This document shows positions 9,126 to 24,100 of a stretch of 64,000 bases of DNA, piece by piece. A model generated the notes under the pieces. That model searched no databases, was not told the DNA's origin, and was given only the letters and a program-made list of their open reading frames with translations. Source of the DNA: Phoronis australis (Eukaryota > Animalia > Phoronida); the NCBI GenBank assembly GCA_002633005.1, contig NMRA01000481.1:62001-126000 (forward strand). The letters run 5' to 3'. Positions within the stretch are counted from its first letter, which is position 1; each line of letters opens with the position of its first letter. Both the position numbers and the translations under genes were made by a program.

Positions 9126-12100
9126 CTGAAATGAAATTTAGAGCGAAATGCAGATTCTGTTGAGGTTGAATACGGTCATGCATGGATGGACAAAGTGAAT
9201 GTAATTGGAAAACACACATGACCCTAAAACTTCCTGACGGTAGGCCTGTGACTACATGGCCAAACTGGGTAGTACTACAACATCTTGCGTTAATAAGTGA
9301 ATATTAAGTGGCACGTGAGTCGCTTAGTAGCTTAGGAACGATTTTTGTCATGAAAATGATCAGCTACAAATCACCAACAGTAAGTACCATGACATGGTGC
9401 TAGGGAATAACTCTACATTACGCGGGTTGTTTGTGCCCACAACCTACGACAAATATAAAGGTTAATCACTAGCAGATTTATATTCACACTCATGACGGAC
9501 AGGTGAAAATTCAAGCCAAAACCCAATTAACTTTGTGCACTGAAGTGCAAGTTTCAATAACCCCTTTCCCTGCCGAAACAATAGAGAGCCATCTGACTGG
9601 ATTCCCAACACTCAACAGGCACACAGTTTTATGACATATTGAGGTGTCATAAGGGATTACATAGATATGGGAAGCAACAAGACTGAATTCAATAGGGGTC
9701 TGTAGTGTTCGCAATAGTAAACTCCAACCCTCCGAGATTCTTCATCAGATGGTCAATTTTTACCTGTACTGGGTTCCTCGTGAACAAATTTGTAAGTGTT
9801 AAAAGTTTTGACTAGATGTGTTATGAACAACTAAACATCAATTTCACTGCATTTGAGAAGATCAAAGCTTGGTCATCAGGGATAAATCCATTAAACTACT
9901 GTCAGTATCCATGACCAGCTGTACACAACACATCTAGTCAAATTTTCCAAACTTTTCTATTTTATTCGAGTTAAAGACTCTTAAGTGAAGTACACAAAAA
10001 ATAATCTAAAAATACAACTGCACCTAATGCCTCGCATAGGATATGTTAAAACATCATCACTTTCTAGTTCCAACTAAACCTACATACAGTAAGGAGCATT
10101 CAAACGCCCCTTTAAACTTATGAAAAACATACGGCTGCCCGGAGGCTCGAAATTTGTATCGTGCAGTTTGTGGTTTTTATCAAAACTAAAGACCTGCTTA
10201 ACGTAGCTTGAACAGTCTGCGGCACATTGCTGTAGAAGGTCAGCTTGACCTTTGAGAAGACGAATATTCCATGCGAAATTCTCAGCAGCCTAAAAAGAAA
10301 CAAATTTGTTGTCTAACAATTATGGAAACAAACAGAACTGAACTTAAATTATGACAAAAAAGTCATGTCAGGAATTCGAACTTAGCAGTAGTATGCATGT
10401 TCGGAAAAAATAGTCTTGAAATCCCTCTGTACACTTCAGTTTGTCAGTAAAAGGTGAAAAGTGACCCTTTTCAGGTGAAAAAAAATTAATGGCAAACAAG
10501 AGAAATTTCATTTTCCCAACACTCGACAAAAGTAACTTTTAAGAAAAATTTACTACGTCCCAACTTTGGTATGCGTGGTCACGAAACAACACTTGTTGAA
10601 AATTTGAAAAACAGAAAAACGGTAATTTTAACGATTTCTTGCACCAAACTGAAGAACGTTTAAATCAAAAGCCTTCTCAGACATCCATTGCAATGCATCA
10701 CAAAGCCTGCCTTCCGTTCAGTAACGCTGGGACCTCGTTAAAAAGCAAGACTTCGCGAGATTATGTGAGATATTGCCGTGCATTGTAAATAAGAACATGT
10801 GACTTTTACTAGGTTTTAGCTAGGTCCTAGCGTAGGTCCTAGCGTCTACTGAATGCACGCCAGCTTACCTTAGTAAGCTTCTTTCCTTTCAAGCCTGCCT
10901 GCAGGCACTTAGAACTGAAGTCATTGTGAGTGTCAAGACCCGCTTGGTGTATTCGCAACAACTAGAAAATAGAAGGGCAACTTTAAATTGTCTGCAGTCA
11001 TGGCGCTAGCGTGCCTATGCACAAATTCAGGTCCTTACAATACATGGGTTTGGCTCAAGGGCACGCCCATGCTGACGATGTACTTTCGCCTCTCAGTTTA
11101 TTTACGCATTAAAAATGGCCATTTATTTATCATCACCACCTGGTAAATACAAAGCCACGCAATAGATACCAATGAAAACTGTACGCTGACAGGCAAACAA
11201 CTAACGACTGTCTCTAGGTTATGTTTAAGTTACGAGTGCTGCTTCGATGGTTAAAAATGTCCAGTAAGCCAAAATAAGAATGAAGCAGTTTACTAAGCTA
11301 AACATAACACCTATGAGCTCCATTCTCACCACAGCACAGACAATCAGATGTGTTGACTTATTTCACGGCACAATTTTTAGGAAAGACATCACAAGATCAA
11401 ATCGAAACATCAGACACTCAACATTGAGTGAAATGGAATGTCCCACTTAAGAAAATACTCCGAGAATATGTCACCACCACTGCTCACACACGGCTCTTTC
11501 GCAATCTCTCGGAAGAAAACACAAGACTTTTTAGTGATTTTGAAAACCAATCAACTGTAGTTGACAGACAGGCCTCAGTCGAATATATTATGAAACGTGC
11601 GTTATAGGTGTAGATAATTGCAGTATTGTAAAGAACACGTGACTGAAATTCCAATCACGTGAAAATGATAACACACAAAAAATATTCAGCCAAAATGACC
11701 CGTTCAGACGGCCACACGAAATTAAGCGGAGGTGCCAGAGACATTTAAAGGTCCTAACAATATGCTCCACCAGTGCAAGTGGAACCCAGTCCCTTGACAA
11801 TGAGCCAAATGTTCCACTGCTAGACTTTTTGGTGCCCCAGTATATTCTGCTGAGATTTAATCCACTACACATCAAGTCAGTTAAGTGACCTAGTCCCACG
11901 GACCCTCATTGATGAACCTGTAAGTCTGCAAGTCTTGGGAGACCCCATGGGTGAGTGCGAGTAGGCTTGTGTTAGAAAGCTAAGTTAACAACTAATAATA
12001 ATAATACTATAATGTTGCACCTATCGAATAAATGCATGAATAAAATTAAATTAAAAAGTTACCTTCTCGTATACTGCTTTATACTCTGTTTGAAACACAC

Positions 12101-15100
12101 GACACATGGACACCAGCTGAAATGAAAACAACTCGTATAATACAAAGAGCAGATTTGTGTATAACTGGACAAACTGGGTATATATTAACTTTTATAATAT
12201 CTTTTACTTTCCATATAAGCAAGGACAGGAATTAATCAAATAATATTCACTTAAAGGCATGTTACGGCCCATAAATTCCAGACGAATATCTCCAAAATGG
12301 TCACATTTTCATTTTTCAAACATTAAGGCTTCCACAATTTTTCAGAATCTCACAAATTTCAGACAAAAAATTGCCAAAAAACTGCAGGTCTTTTTCATTT
12401 TTCAAAGACTTTTACAATGTCTAGCAAACATAGTCTGATGGTGGCTATGTAATAAATCTTTACAGGTGATACAGTATTCATTTGGTGCTATTTATCTTTC
12501 AGTCAAAAAATAAAATTTCACTAGATGGCGACAATTGGTATCTTGACAGTTACACGATCATAATGAACGTAACAGTTGGCTGGTAATTTGTCTAGTCATG
12601 ACCAATGAAGCCAGTCTGAATGAGGGATTGTGCTACACAAGCACACCAACAATAAGTCTATCCAGTAACAATGGCAGATATAACAGAATGATGCAGAATC
12701 CCTTTCAGATGTTCATCTGATACTGAAGAGTTTTAAAAAGTTGTTTGATGAAGCACGAGCACTTTTTGAAAAGTGCCGTAAACAGAAACTGTGATTAGGA
12801 AAGAATATGGCACTGCACTGATATAGAGTCAGGAGTTTATGAGCAGGATGCCATTTGCTAAGTTTGATTGGATTTCTGTGTTTGACCTATGGTCCCGACA
12901 GTTCAGTGGCTAGAGCATCTGCACAGTTAGCAGAGGGTCATGGGTTCGATTGCTGGTCGGGTACAGAAATCTTATAAGACTTATGTTGATTAGGTCACAT
13001 GATGTGGTCAACAAGTGGCGTGCACACCAGACTTAAAAATGTTTGTCATTGATAATCATGTTATTGTTCTGCTTACTATTATCAGACGTAAACGAGCAAC
13101 TTGATAAAGAAATATTTTATTTTAAAGTAACACTTAGCACTATTTGGCTGGCAAAAAACACAAGATCAAATCGGATCTTTTACTCTCATAAAATCAGTGT
13201 CATAGTATTGTTTAACAGACGATAGGATTCTATTTCTATTACTAACTCGAGTCACGGACAATGCGTTCGTGTGCTGTTTTCGAAATCCCAACTTTGGGGT
13301 GGGCCAACCCGAATAAACTCTGCGGCCACTTCTTGAGTCACTGACGGTTTCAGTGTACTTGTCGGCAACTCAAATCATCGTAAAGGATATTACGAAACTG
13401 ATGAGAGTGAAAGGCCAAATTTGATTTTTGTTCTAGCCAGCTAAACATGGCAAACACCTTTAAGAGAAATCTACAGGCACAACACTCGAAACTCTTCCTA
13501 CCAGAACACTTCCCGGAAAAACATTGAAACGTTATCAAATGACTTTTCTGTTTAAAGCAGCATCAACTTACGGCATTCATGGCGATGATAGCTTTACTGA
13601 TGATATCTGGTATCATGTCGTCCACTTCGATAAATGGGTACTGAAATAGAAGACCAACTTTATGGTAAGTAGTTCAACACAACACTTCACCTCTTAATTA
13701 AATGCACACTGACTGATATTTGACTTAAGCATAAAGAAAGTTTTTTTAAAAAATATTGTCTCTGTCAATTCTACTGAAGAATTCTAACTGCAAGGGTCAC
13801 AAAGTCAATTGTGGGGGCCAAGGTCGGCGGTCTATTCCCATAGTCATTGATCAACTCGACAAAAGCATTCATCGTGCTTGCCGATTTAGAAGAGTTTCTC
13901 AAACTCGTTGCAAACTTTTGAGGATTTAAGCAATTTATGTGATCTAGGAGTTATTCACTAAGTTTCATGCCGGTGAAAGATGGGTATACATAAATTCTAA
14001 AAATCTAATGAAAACGTGACACCATTAATTAAACAAGAAATAAACAAAGAAAATACAGAATTACCGAAAACAAAAAATAACCACAAGCTTCAACAACCAG
14101 GATCCATGTTTATTAATTTCGTAGATCCTTATAAGACAAAGAGAAAAATAAGTAGAGGCAGAAATGAACATTATGAAAATTTCTTATTAGTTAAGTTGAA
14201 GAAGTCATTAACTTCTAAAAGAAATCTCACATAAAACTCTTAAAAACTGAGAACAGAGTTCGTGACAGCTTCTTGCATATAATAAAGTGTATGCTGCAAC
14301 GCTCGTAAACTGTTACAAGAGTCGTCAACTACACAATTGTGCACGAAGAAATCCATTCCTGCCACTTTAATCTGCGCCTAAACAATGCACTATTCTCAGC
14401 AATAGTCATTTACAGGGGTCCCACATTTTGAGAACCAGGCTGGCGCCCATTATACACAGTGGCAAAACTGGTTCTCAAAATGCGGACCCCTGTAACTAAC
14501 AATTACTCTTTTGTCAATTAACTGACACAGCAGCTGATTCTCTTTTGTCCAGGAGAGCTAACTATTCTGACTTCAAAGTCATACCTCTCCCTCCAATGTT
14601 AAGTTCAACACGACATCTTCTTCTAAGTACGACCTTCGTGTGGCCAGCAGACGGACGCACTGTTTAATGTTGGAGATCTGTGATAGACCGCAGGCATCCT
14701 TGAAGTCTGACAACATGGTGTGCAAGTTCTCTCGTAACACCACACCGTCAGACAAAGCCTGCGAGCCCGGCTGTAAACAGGGAAACAATGAAATATAAAT
14801 CTTATGAATAAACATCACATGAAAAACAATGCTACAAATGCAGCAAACAAATATCTTGATTTATTTACCATCAAGTCATAAAAATCACATTTTAGAACAA
14901 AGTTAGAACACAGACTTTATCAAGAATCTCGCCCCAAACAGGCACGGTGGAGACAAACTCTGTTTCATGATTTGTCAATACAGAAAACATCCAGAAGATT
15001 GTTTGCACAGATTGCAGAAATGATATGACATTATATAGGACATCCTATAGGACACCGTATGGGTTATCGTATGGGACACAGCATAAAACATCGTATAGGA

Positions 15101-18100
15101 CACCGTATGGGCTATAGTATAGGACACAGTATAGAACATCGTATAGGACACCGTATGGGTTATTGTATAGGACACAGCATAGAACATCGTATAGGACACC
15201 GTATGGGTTATTGTATAGGACACAGCATAGAACATCGTATAGGACACCGTATGGGTTATTGTATAGGACACAGCATAGAACATCGTATAGGACACCGTAT
15301 GGGTTATAGTATAGGACATAGCATAAAACATCGTATAGGACCTTCTAGCTTAAGAACTCGTGTTGGAACACCTGTCTACGTACTACTTTTTTCATATGTA
15401 ACAGTAGTATACGACAGTCACATATGAAAAGTCAGAGTGCATAAATAGGATTTTACATCTTGTATAATGCAATATGATTGGACACTGGGAATCACAATGC
15501 ATGTAATCTCCACAGTACATTAACTTCTGCTGAAGAGGGAGGAAATGTACCTTTTTCAAGGTAAGGTATAACATACATCCATTAAGATGGCAGCAAATCC
15601 AACTCAAGCGCGTACGCCAGACGATTTTCTGCAAATTATGCTTAACCCTTGCTAAATTATCAAAGCTATGTTGCTGTAAGCATCTTTAGAGTGCAGATCT
15701 TTGGAGTTTTTAAATCCACCCAACTCAAATAAATACTCCCGCATCAATATTTTCTTCCGTTCCGTCACCAAAATTGAAAACTGAATGCCATTACAGTCAA
15801 TGTGCTCGAGGTCAAACGGATACATACAGAAGGTTATGGGGAGGTCACCCGTCTGCCAGTCACGCCGACAGGAGGTGCAGCTGCGACGGGAGACCTGTGT
15901 AGCAACTGTTATCAGTACTGTTTCATACACTCACCTTAAATATTTCATCTGTACTCTTAATACCGATCAGTTTCAAGGAGCTCTTAGTTTTTAGTCCCCT
16001 ACCCCTTTTGACAGATGTGCCCCGCCTGTGAGGTTTCTACACGAAACAAGGAAAAAGAGGTTCATTTACAAATTTAAACTTTTGATAGACAAACTTTCAC
16101 AAGCTCAAGAATTCTGTGTTTCTAAGAAAAACAAAAATGCAACATGACAAATGACATAATGAACTGTATTACAACGTACAACTGTATTACACAAAATAAT
16201 TATTAACAAAATCCCATGCAGATCTGGCTTTATGAACTCATTGACAAGATAATGACAAACAAACTTTTAACCCAGTACCCGGACATGGATACCTAGAAAT
16301 CTTTGTTAGTAATAGGATTTTTTGTCGTTTCAGGTCCAGGTAGACCCCTGAAGTGTTTTAGCTGGCTTGTAATCTTGAAACCGTGATATTTTTTAAATAA
16401 TGCAAATTAAGGTCATTATTATGCAAAATTCTGTTTTTGATTCTAACTTCCTTAGCAAGCACTTTTCAAGATATCTGAACACTGCTGTTTGTAGAAAGAC
16501 AAGCATGAATTAAATGAGAAGTGGACACTTTGAAATTAATTGCCATTGCTTGAATCGTGCATACTGTGTAATTATTACAGGTGCCTGAATCGCGCCTTGT
16601 AGGGGGAGCATTCGACAAAAACCTTGACCTTTATTGAGCATACACTGGTTTTTCCAGTTGAAATTTACACAAAGTTGTCAAGACTACAACCCAGCTAAAA
16701 TGCGGGGGGGGGCACTTCAATGTGAAACAATAACAACCAAGAATTTCTAGGCACTTTGTGGTGACCCTATGGGTAGCTGTTCAACTATTTGGGACTACCG
16801 CAAAGCATATTTTGACGCCAAACTTTTCGAGACACAATTAGAAAAAGGTAATGAAAATCAAGAGTTCACAATCAAACGCATGTATTTGAAGGAGATATTA
16901 CATTGTACAAAAATGCACTGCCCTTTTCATTTTTCAAAGGCTTAATCTGTTGCTGCAAAGGCGCAAACTTTGGCAACACGTTTTACAAACCACGCCAACA
17001 CTGTTGTTTAACTTTCTTAACACCTAGTCAATGAGAAATTTGACATTTGAACCAATCAAATTTCATCGCACTGCCATACTGTGCCCTAAACTGAACAGAC
17101 CTACCCCTCCACCACGCCGGTTGGTTATTGCTATGTGGACGAACAGGTAACAGTTGGGGATTGGATCTCCAAAGTTAGACAGCAACTGGATGTGCCGGAA
17201 ACCTGAAAGTGGCAGACAAAAAATCAAGAAAACATTATTTCTCATCAAAATCCTGCCAAACCTACGTCATACATTGTATTAACTGTCCTCTGAATTGCGT
17301 GTCGTATTTTTCTGTCTATCCCAAGTTGCCACATCAAAGGACAAATCACAGCGCTTTGCTTTACATGACAATTTAGTAATCAGGTTATTATGTTAACAGC
17401 AGAAACGATTATTATAAATAGAAAATTCCAATTACGGAATGGCTCAGCTACAGCCACGGGGGGGAAGGCTATATTCTGATGATGAGTTCAGCTTCCACCC
17501 ATCCATCACGACGGAAACGAACGCCAAGGTGAAAAAACGGTCAAGCAAGTATTCTTGTGCCATGACCATAATTAATCAGCTTAATTAACCACCACCACAG
17601 CAAGAGATTCTGGTTCAATACCTGTGAGCTGTCACGTAGATCAAGTTTCTTGTGACATGATGAAAGACTGGGCAAATATTTCACAAAAACTTGATGCAGC
17701 CATGATTAAGATAACTGAGCAGATGGAAAAGCAACCAGACTTTTTAAAGCCCAAACCACAGGGTTAGATCCTAGACCACCATGTCCATATAAACCATTCA
17801 CTGGATAAAAAATCAAACACAATAGCAGTCCAGCCGCTACCTACTCAGTCTACCTTGATCTAGCAAACTCTGACATTCATACCTGTTCTCATACAGTCCA
17901 GTGGTATTGTGTACTGAGCAATGAACTCGTCCCCAATGAAGTCATCGTCGAGGACAGTGAAACGAATCAGGGCAAGTTCAGGCAGGTTGATATCAAAGTC
18001 GAAACTCTCATCAAACATTGGGTTGTATCCTGTAGTTGTAAAAAAAGTTAGGCCAAAAAAGTAAAGCTGGTACTGGTCTTTCCGCTGACTAATTTAGAGG

Positions 18101-21100
18101 CCTGTGCCCACCGACTATAAAAAATCCCCACTAGCATCAATTGCAGTCAAGGTAGTGTTTTTTTTTTGAAGAGCTACACAAAGGCATGTAAGTAAGGTTT
18201 GAAACGTCACAATTTGCCAAGCGGAGAAACAAGCAAATCCAACATCAAATTTGCTCCTCTAAAGTGGATTCTTTTATCTGAAAAAGCCAACACTAAAAAT
18301 ACACCATTTTATTTTACAAAATGAACAACCATACCCAACTGGCTTCTTTGGCCTGATGCCATGCCAACATTCGCAGGTGTGAGAAACAACACAGGGAACA
18401 CACCATGAACTTTATGTAACACGTGTGCCATCACACTTTGAAACGCACAATCATCTATAAAGTGAAATTTGCTCTGTCTTTCAAAAGAGCATAATTACAA
18501 TCTTATGAACTTAATATTTTTACTGTCAAATTGAAAGTGCGCGTAAGATTGATTGATGGCGGTCCATAAAATAATACACTGCAATTCAATACCTTACAAC
18601 ATACTAAGAAAGACATACATTCAGAAAGATAAAACTATTACTGTAAAGGTAAAAAAAATAAATTAAAAAGGACAATCGATGTACAGATGGCATGAAAAAG
18701 TAAAAAAAATATTTTCATCCTCGTCTGCGTTACGTGAAGTTTATAAGTATTTTTTTCTCATTTAAAAACATCTCGACTTATATTTGTTGAAAAAACTTAT
18801 TGTGGCATTTTACAACAAAAGGACACAGATATGGAAACCTACGGGATCATACAACATACCATTGTTTGAAATAGTTCGCGTCCGACTCTCCGCGCAGTCA
18901 GCTGGTATACCAAACACCTCAATGATGACGTAGGGGTCAGTAACGTTTCCTTTAGCACCGGAAGCCTTGGGCTTGGGGAACTGATGACCACTGATAATCT
19001 GCAATACGACGACAGTCGCCATTTTAAAAGTGAGCCTCTTTTTAGGTTTAAAAGACAATGCATTTGAGACACAAGTATTAACGAGGCATGCGAAACATCA
19101 TGCTCTGCACCGTGATTAAGCGCGGAATGCACTGCTTCCAAAACCTAAAGAGCCTCACTTTGAAATAGCGACTACGTGAATAAGGTGTATAAAGGCTTTT
19201 TGAAGAAGATGGACAAAATATGACACCGGAAATATGTCGTATTGACACAAATTCAAACGTAAAACTGGAATCAAGTTTTACAGGACATTTTCATACTTTA
19301 ATATAACATTTTATAATATGAACTTTCCATTTGCTAAATTGACAATATTGAGATGTCAAGATATTGTAGATTCATGTCAGGTGCATCTTTTTCCAACACT
19401 CAATATTGTAAATAAATGTGACCGAACTGTTTTCCCACCAACTGCCTACTGTTATCATCACCTCAGTACACCAATAGACTTACAGAACACATTGCTGGTG
19501 AGCTGCCACGGTGGTCCGAGAAGGTTTGCTATCATCGTTTATCGTGTATATGACGTTCCCAAATCCTGGCATTAAATTAACACTGATGTGCAGTGAGATA
19601 CTCCAAAAAGTACTACAAAGAGTTCCAATGTCGCAAAATAGCCGTGAAAGAAATGGCATTTTGTCTTCGCAATCTGTGGCCGTCTTGCCTACCAGAATTT
19701 AATATTGGGTCAAGCAACAGTCACTGTTCTGCTCTCACGTTTAGGAGTTGTACGTCAAATGTTTGCATTTAACAACGATTCGAGTCAGACACCAATCAGC
19801 ACTCACTTTAACATGCAATATCTGAGGTGGCACGCCGGGAATGGTGTCTCGCGTGTGTGCATTGAAGAATGTTATCGTGTCTCTCATCAGCGTTGGCTTG
19901 AGTACGTATCCGCAGTTACCGTTCTGCCTGAAGCGAGCGTCATGGAGATCCATCATTATACTGGGTGTTTGGAAGTTCATCGACACTGCGACAACATAAA
20001 ATACAAGGTGTGACAAAAGTCGATAAGAACTTCATTGGGAGACTGGGTCACTGTTGTTCACAAAAGACTTGAAAACGAAACCTCTTTTCAGATTTGCTTA
20101 ACCACGTCGCAGAAAGTCGCACAATCAACAACCTTCTGAAGTCATTTCAAGACAGCTGTACCTTTAACAAAATTTAATCTCATAACAATTTCACCATGTT
20201 CAGAGTTCACACTGCCTTGCCTTTTACAATAGTAAAGTATCCTAGAAAATGTTGACTACTGACACCATGAGAAATGTCATGTTCATAATCCAATGAATTG
20301 GAAGATAAGTGCCTTGCTGTGATGACAAATAAAGAAAGTCCATACCAATATTAACTTTGTTTATGTCCCACAGAGATACCAATTCATGTCATGCAGACCA
20401 CCAACAGTTTACCTACCTATCTGACAACCGCAGTTCCAGAAGTCCTGGGGGTTGAAGTTGCTCGAGTCCACCCTGGCTCCGCTGGGGAACACTCTGGTTA
20501 GGTGGCTCTTATTCAACTTGACCAGGTCCTCTGCTGCCGAGCTGGCAATACGCAGAGCGTGTGTCTCATTAACGGACCACAGCTCACCCCTCTCCACTGT
20601 AACAATAGGGATGCAAATATCAACGAGTACCCAAGGTGCACTAGCAGCACGTGTATCTTTAAGATTAAAGTGTCTTGTAACACAGATTACATCACAGTAG
20701 CTCGGACACCATCAGATGGCGGGACCGTCAACAATGTCTTACCATTACTGTTGCCAACAAAATGGTTACCAAATCCACCAGTTCTGGCCAATCACAAGAT
20801 ATTAAAAACGACTTTCCCATCCATTCTCGGAAACAATGCCCTGTAACCCTCGACAATGCTCAAAATCTTGAGAGCAAAATTTAAAAACTCCTCGCAATGT
20901 CTGCTAAGCGGACAAGCGTGACCTACGCTTCAGGCGATTAACACGACAACTGCAGAGAAAGACCACCCACCAAGAACCATGATATCCAATCTATAGATGA
21001 CATAAGACCCTTTCATAATTGACTTAACTCCGGTCTGAGTGGAGTGTTGACATAAACAGCGCAGTTAACTGGACCGTTCATACTGGCTTCAGTAGTCAAT

Positions 21101-24100
21101 GAACATTGAAGTAAGCGGTTGGTGCCGCTGTCGTTGTCAAAGTTATCACAAAGTAATGTTGCACGATAAGATTTTTTTCAATGTTTTAATTTGGAAACAT
21201 TTACATGTGCTAAGTGACATTAAATTTATTTTTAAATCGATTGGTTATTATTAGAGAAAAATATAAGCAGCTATTAGTGACGGCACTACCCTGTAATTGT
21301 TGACGATAACAGTGGCACCTGGGGATAACTTCGACTGGACCGAAGTTAAGCGTTCATACTGCACCGCACATCAAGGCTGCGCTGTTAAATCCACCTGTTA
21401 ACTGCGATGTTAACTGGAGCTGTTAACTGCGATCCAGGACTGGAGTTAAGCGTTCATACTGACCGCAACTCCCCAAATCATTGACACGTCGACTTTAGTA
21501 TGAAAGGCCCTTTAGAGAATGAGATTTTAGTTGAATTCTGCTTCTGTTACTTAAATGGCCCACAAGTGATGCTTTTACCAGGTGACATTAGATCGAGGAT
21601 TGGTTGAAATCACAAAAACAGGGTTTAGTATCCTTTCAACGTAAACCAGTGTTTTATGAGGAGAGACTTAAAAATTAAGACAAAAATTTGGTCTTACACT
21701 CCCACTTCCCAATTCTTGACCAACAAATTAATACGAATGCAATTGACAAACTATACACAAATAATTATATTATTAGATTATTTCGGTGACTAGTAATCAT
21801 GAATATACCCTAGGACACTTTGTACTTTTGATGAAAGTGAATTTTAAAAATAGACCAAATTTCCGACTTAGGTCTTTGGTCACCTTTAAAGAAACAGGCC
21901 TCTGCAGGCATCAAGTCACTAATGGTTACGTGACACCAGTCTTGTACAATAAGCCGTCAATCAGAAAGCAGCAAACGGTGAACTTGAACAAAAAAGACAG
22001 TAATCACTGCTAAGAGGAGGCAGCATGGCTGCGGTGATGACTTCAATATTACTGACGCTCGTGGGTGGAAATAAATGCGTCCAACTTACTCCTATTTCTT
22101 CGTCGTTATAACTTTCATTTTCTTAATTTCCGGTGCGCAAATCTGTTTGCCTACTCACATTGATTACCGGCTGTTGTTAGGTCGTCGAACCACACAGACC
22201 GTATGCATATGAGATCTGAGAGCGCCTTGGTCAGTACATGTTGTTTGACCAGCACTTGGTGTTTGCTGTTCTTGCGCTTGTCCGAGTCCGCTGCTTCGTC
22301 CTCGTCAGTCACATGTCCTTCATCATCGGGGAAACCGAGAGGTAGTTTTTTGCCCTGCAGACAAAGGGATGCTGGTAACAGGCTGTCGTTTGATAGATGC
22401 TTACTCTTGTTTGTCTCTGTTATTTTATTCATATTATAAATCCATTATCAAATTTACTATTTTGCTCTAGGCCATAGCTCGTACCAAATTTTAAAAATAA
22501 GCAATATTGGCTATCCCTAATTCAAGAATCACGAGAAAAAGCAAATTTTGTATTGGCAGCTATTTTTGACAATTTTATCTCAGACTTTGTTGACTCAAAA
22601 TGCAGAATCCAGTATTTGAGAAATATGATGAACACCTGAATTACCCATGTCCCAATCTTCAAGATCAAGAAAATTCAATGTCCCAAATTTTAGAGACCGT
22701 ACAAACTGGAGATTTTTTACTGTAATAAATTTCCCGCTTGGCCCACCTAGAAACGAGATTAACGTTCATTCATTGAGGAGGCCAGCCAGTACCAACACTA
22801 ATTTCAAAATCATCATTTTGTTTTCCGAATCTTACTTTATTGTTAAAAATAGTACACCTGAGGACAGCTGTACAAATCAAAGCACCAATGACGAAGTAAA
22901 CTTTTCTTCCATCACACTTTTCACAACAAAACAACACATCACTGTTTTGTATTGCATTCTAAATTGACCACTTGTCAAACTTAGTAGAAATGTGGGTCAA
23001 AATCACCATTTCAGGGTATGACCTCATCTAAGGTCTTTAACCCTGCAGGTGGAAAACCAGCATGTGTTACAAACCACAGAGGAACTCCTGCCGTGTAGTA
23101 ACAGAATAGCTCTATGACAACTAGGGAAATGGGACAAAAATTCACCTTGATTATTTTGCAAAAAGTCTGTTAAAGAAATTCTACAACAGAACTTAAATGC
23201 ACCACAAATACTGATAAAGAAAATTTGTTCTCTCCTACCTTCAGCAGAATCCGTCCTTTGAGGGCCTCAGGGGAGGGAAAGTTGTCAAAGTCAAAGGTCG
23301 TAGTATAAAGTTTTTTACCCAGCACTGACTTTAAGTAGTCCACCATGATGTCCTGCTGGGCAGAGCTGCAGTGGTTCTCGAGGCACACAATGAGGGGGTA
23401 TCTGAAACCAAGACAAAAACATGCCGACCCATTTGCAAGGCATTTTTCGGTAACACAAACAGCAACGCAGTATAGCAAGAAATCAATACAATGTATAGAC
23501 AAGATCAACTTGAAATTCACTCACAATTTACCCATTCCCATGTTGCTACCCTGACAGCTTAGAGTACAATACACAAATGAACTGAGGCTCATTCATAGTT
23601 AAGAAACATAACCATTTCAAACATAATTATTACAATAAATATGTTTTCACACAATGTGAAATTTTAATTCCTCATTTTTTCCATAAAGGATATTTAGCCC
23701 CAAATTAATTTTTCATCAAATTCCGGTTATGTACCACAGGTATCACCAGACACTGTTCCGAAAAGTTGTGGGCATCCACGAAAATGTGAGAATCTTTAGA
23801 AAAAAAATGACAAATGTGTAATTTTTGTAATTTAATCATTTTTGGCTGAAATTGGTGAGATTTTACTGCAGTTATGTTTTAAAGCCTATCTTGAATGGCA
23901 ACACATGTAAATTTGTTTCCTACAGTATGTTAAGTGTATCCCTTCAAGCACACTAGTGCCATAAATTGCCAAATATAATGAACTGTAAGGCTATTGGCTG
24001 CTGTTGTTTACGTCACTGCGAGAATAACCTTTTAATTCAAACAGCTGCGAATAGCACTCGAACGAAAGCAATGGTGTTCTAATCAGACCCCTATTCGATA

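Noticed and set aside
12891-12964. Functional tRNA gene
   Set aside because: Anticodon loop lacks U33 and purine 37, T-stem does not pair, and it is fused to a repeat tail; same for 8619-8689, 32288-32364 and the weak relic near 54950-55012.
14975-15427. Repetitive ORFs on both strands ([16 protein letters not shown] / [14 protein letters not shown])
   Set aside because: By-products of the 48-bp minisatellite inside a PLCL intron.
17476-17520. CTGATGA...GAAAC hammerhead-like spacing
   Set aside because: No stem II or stem I pairing can be drawn.
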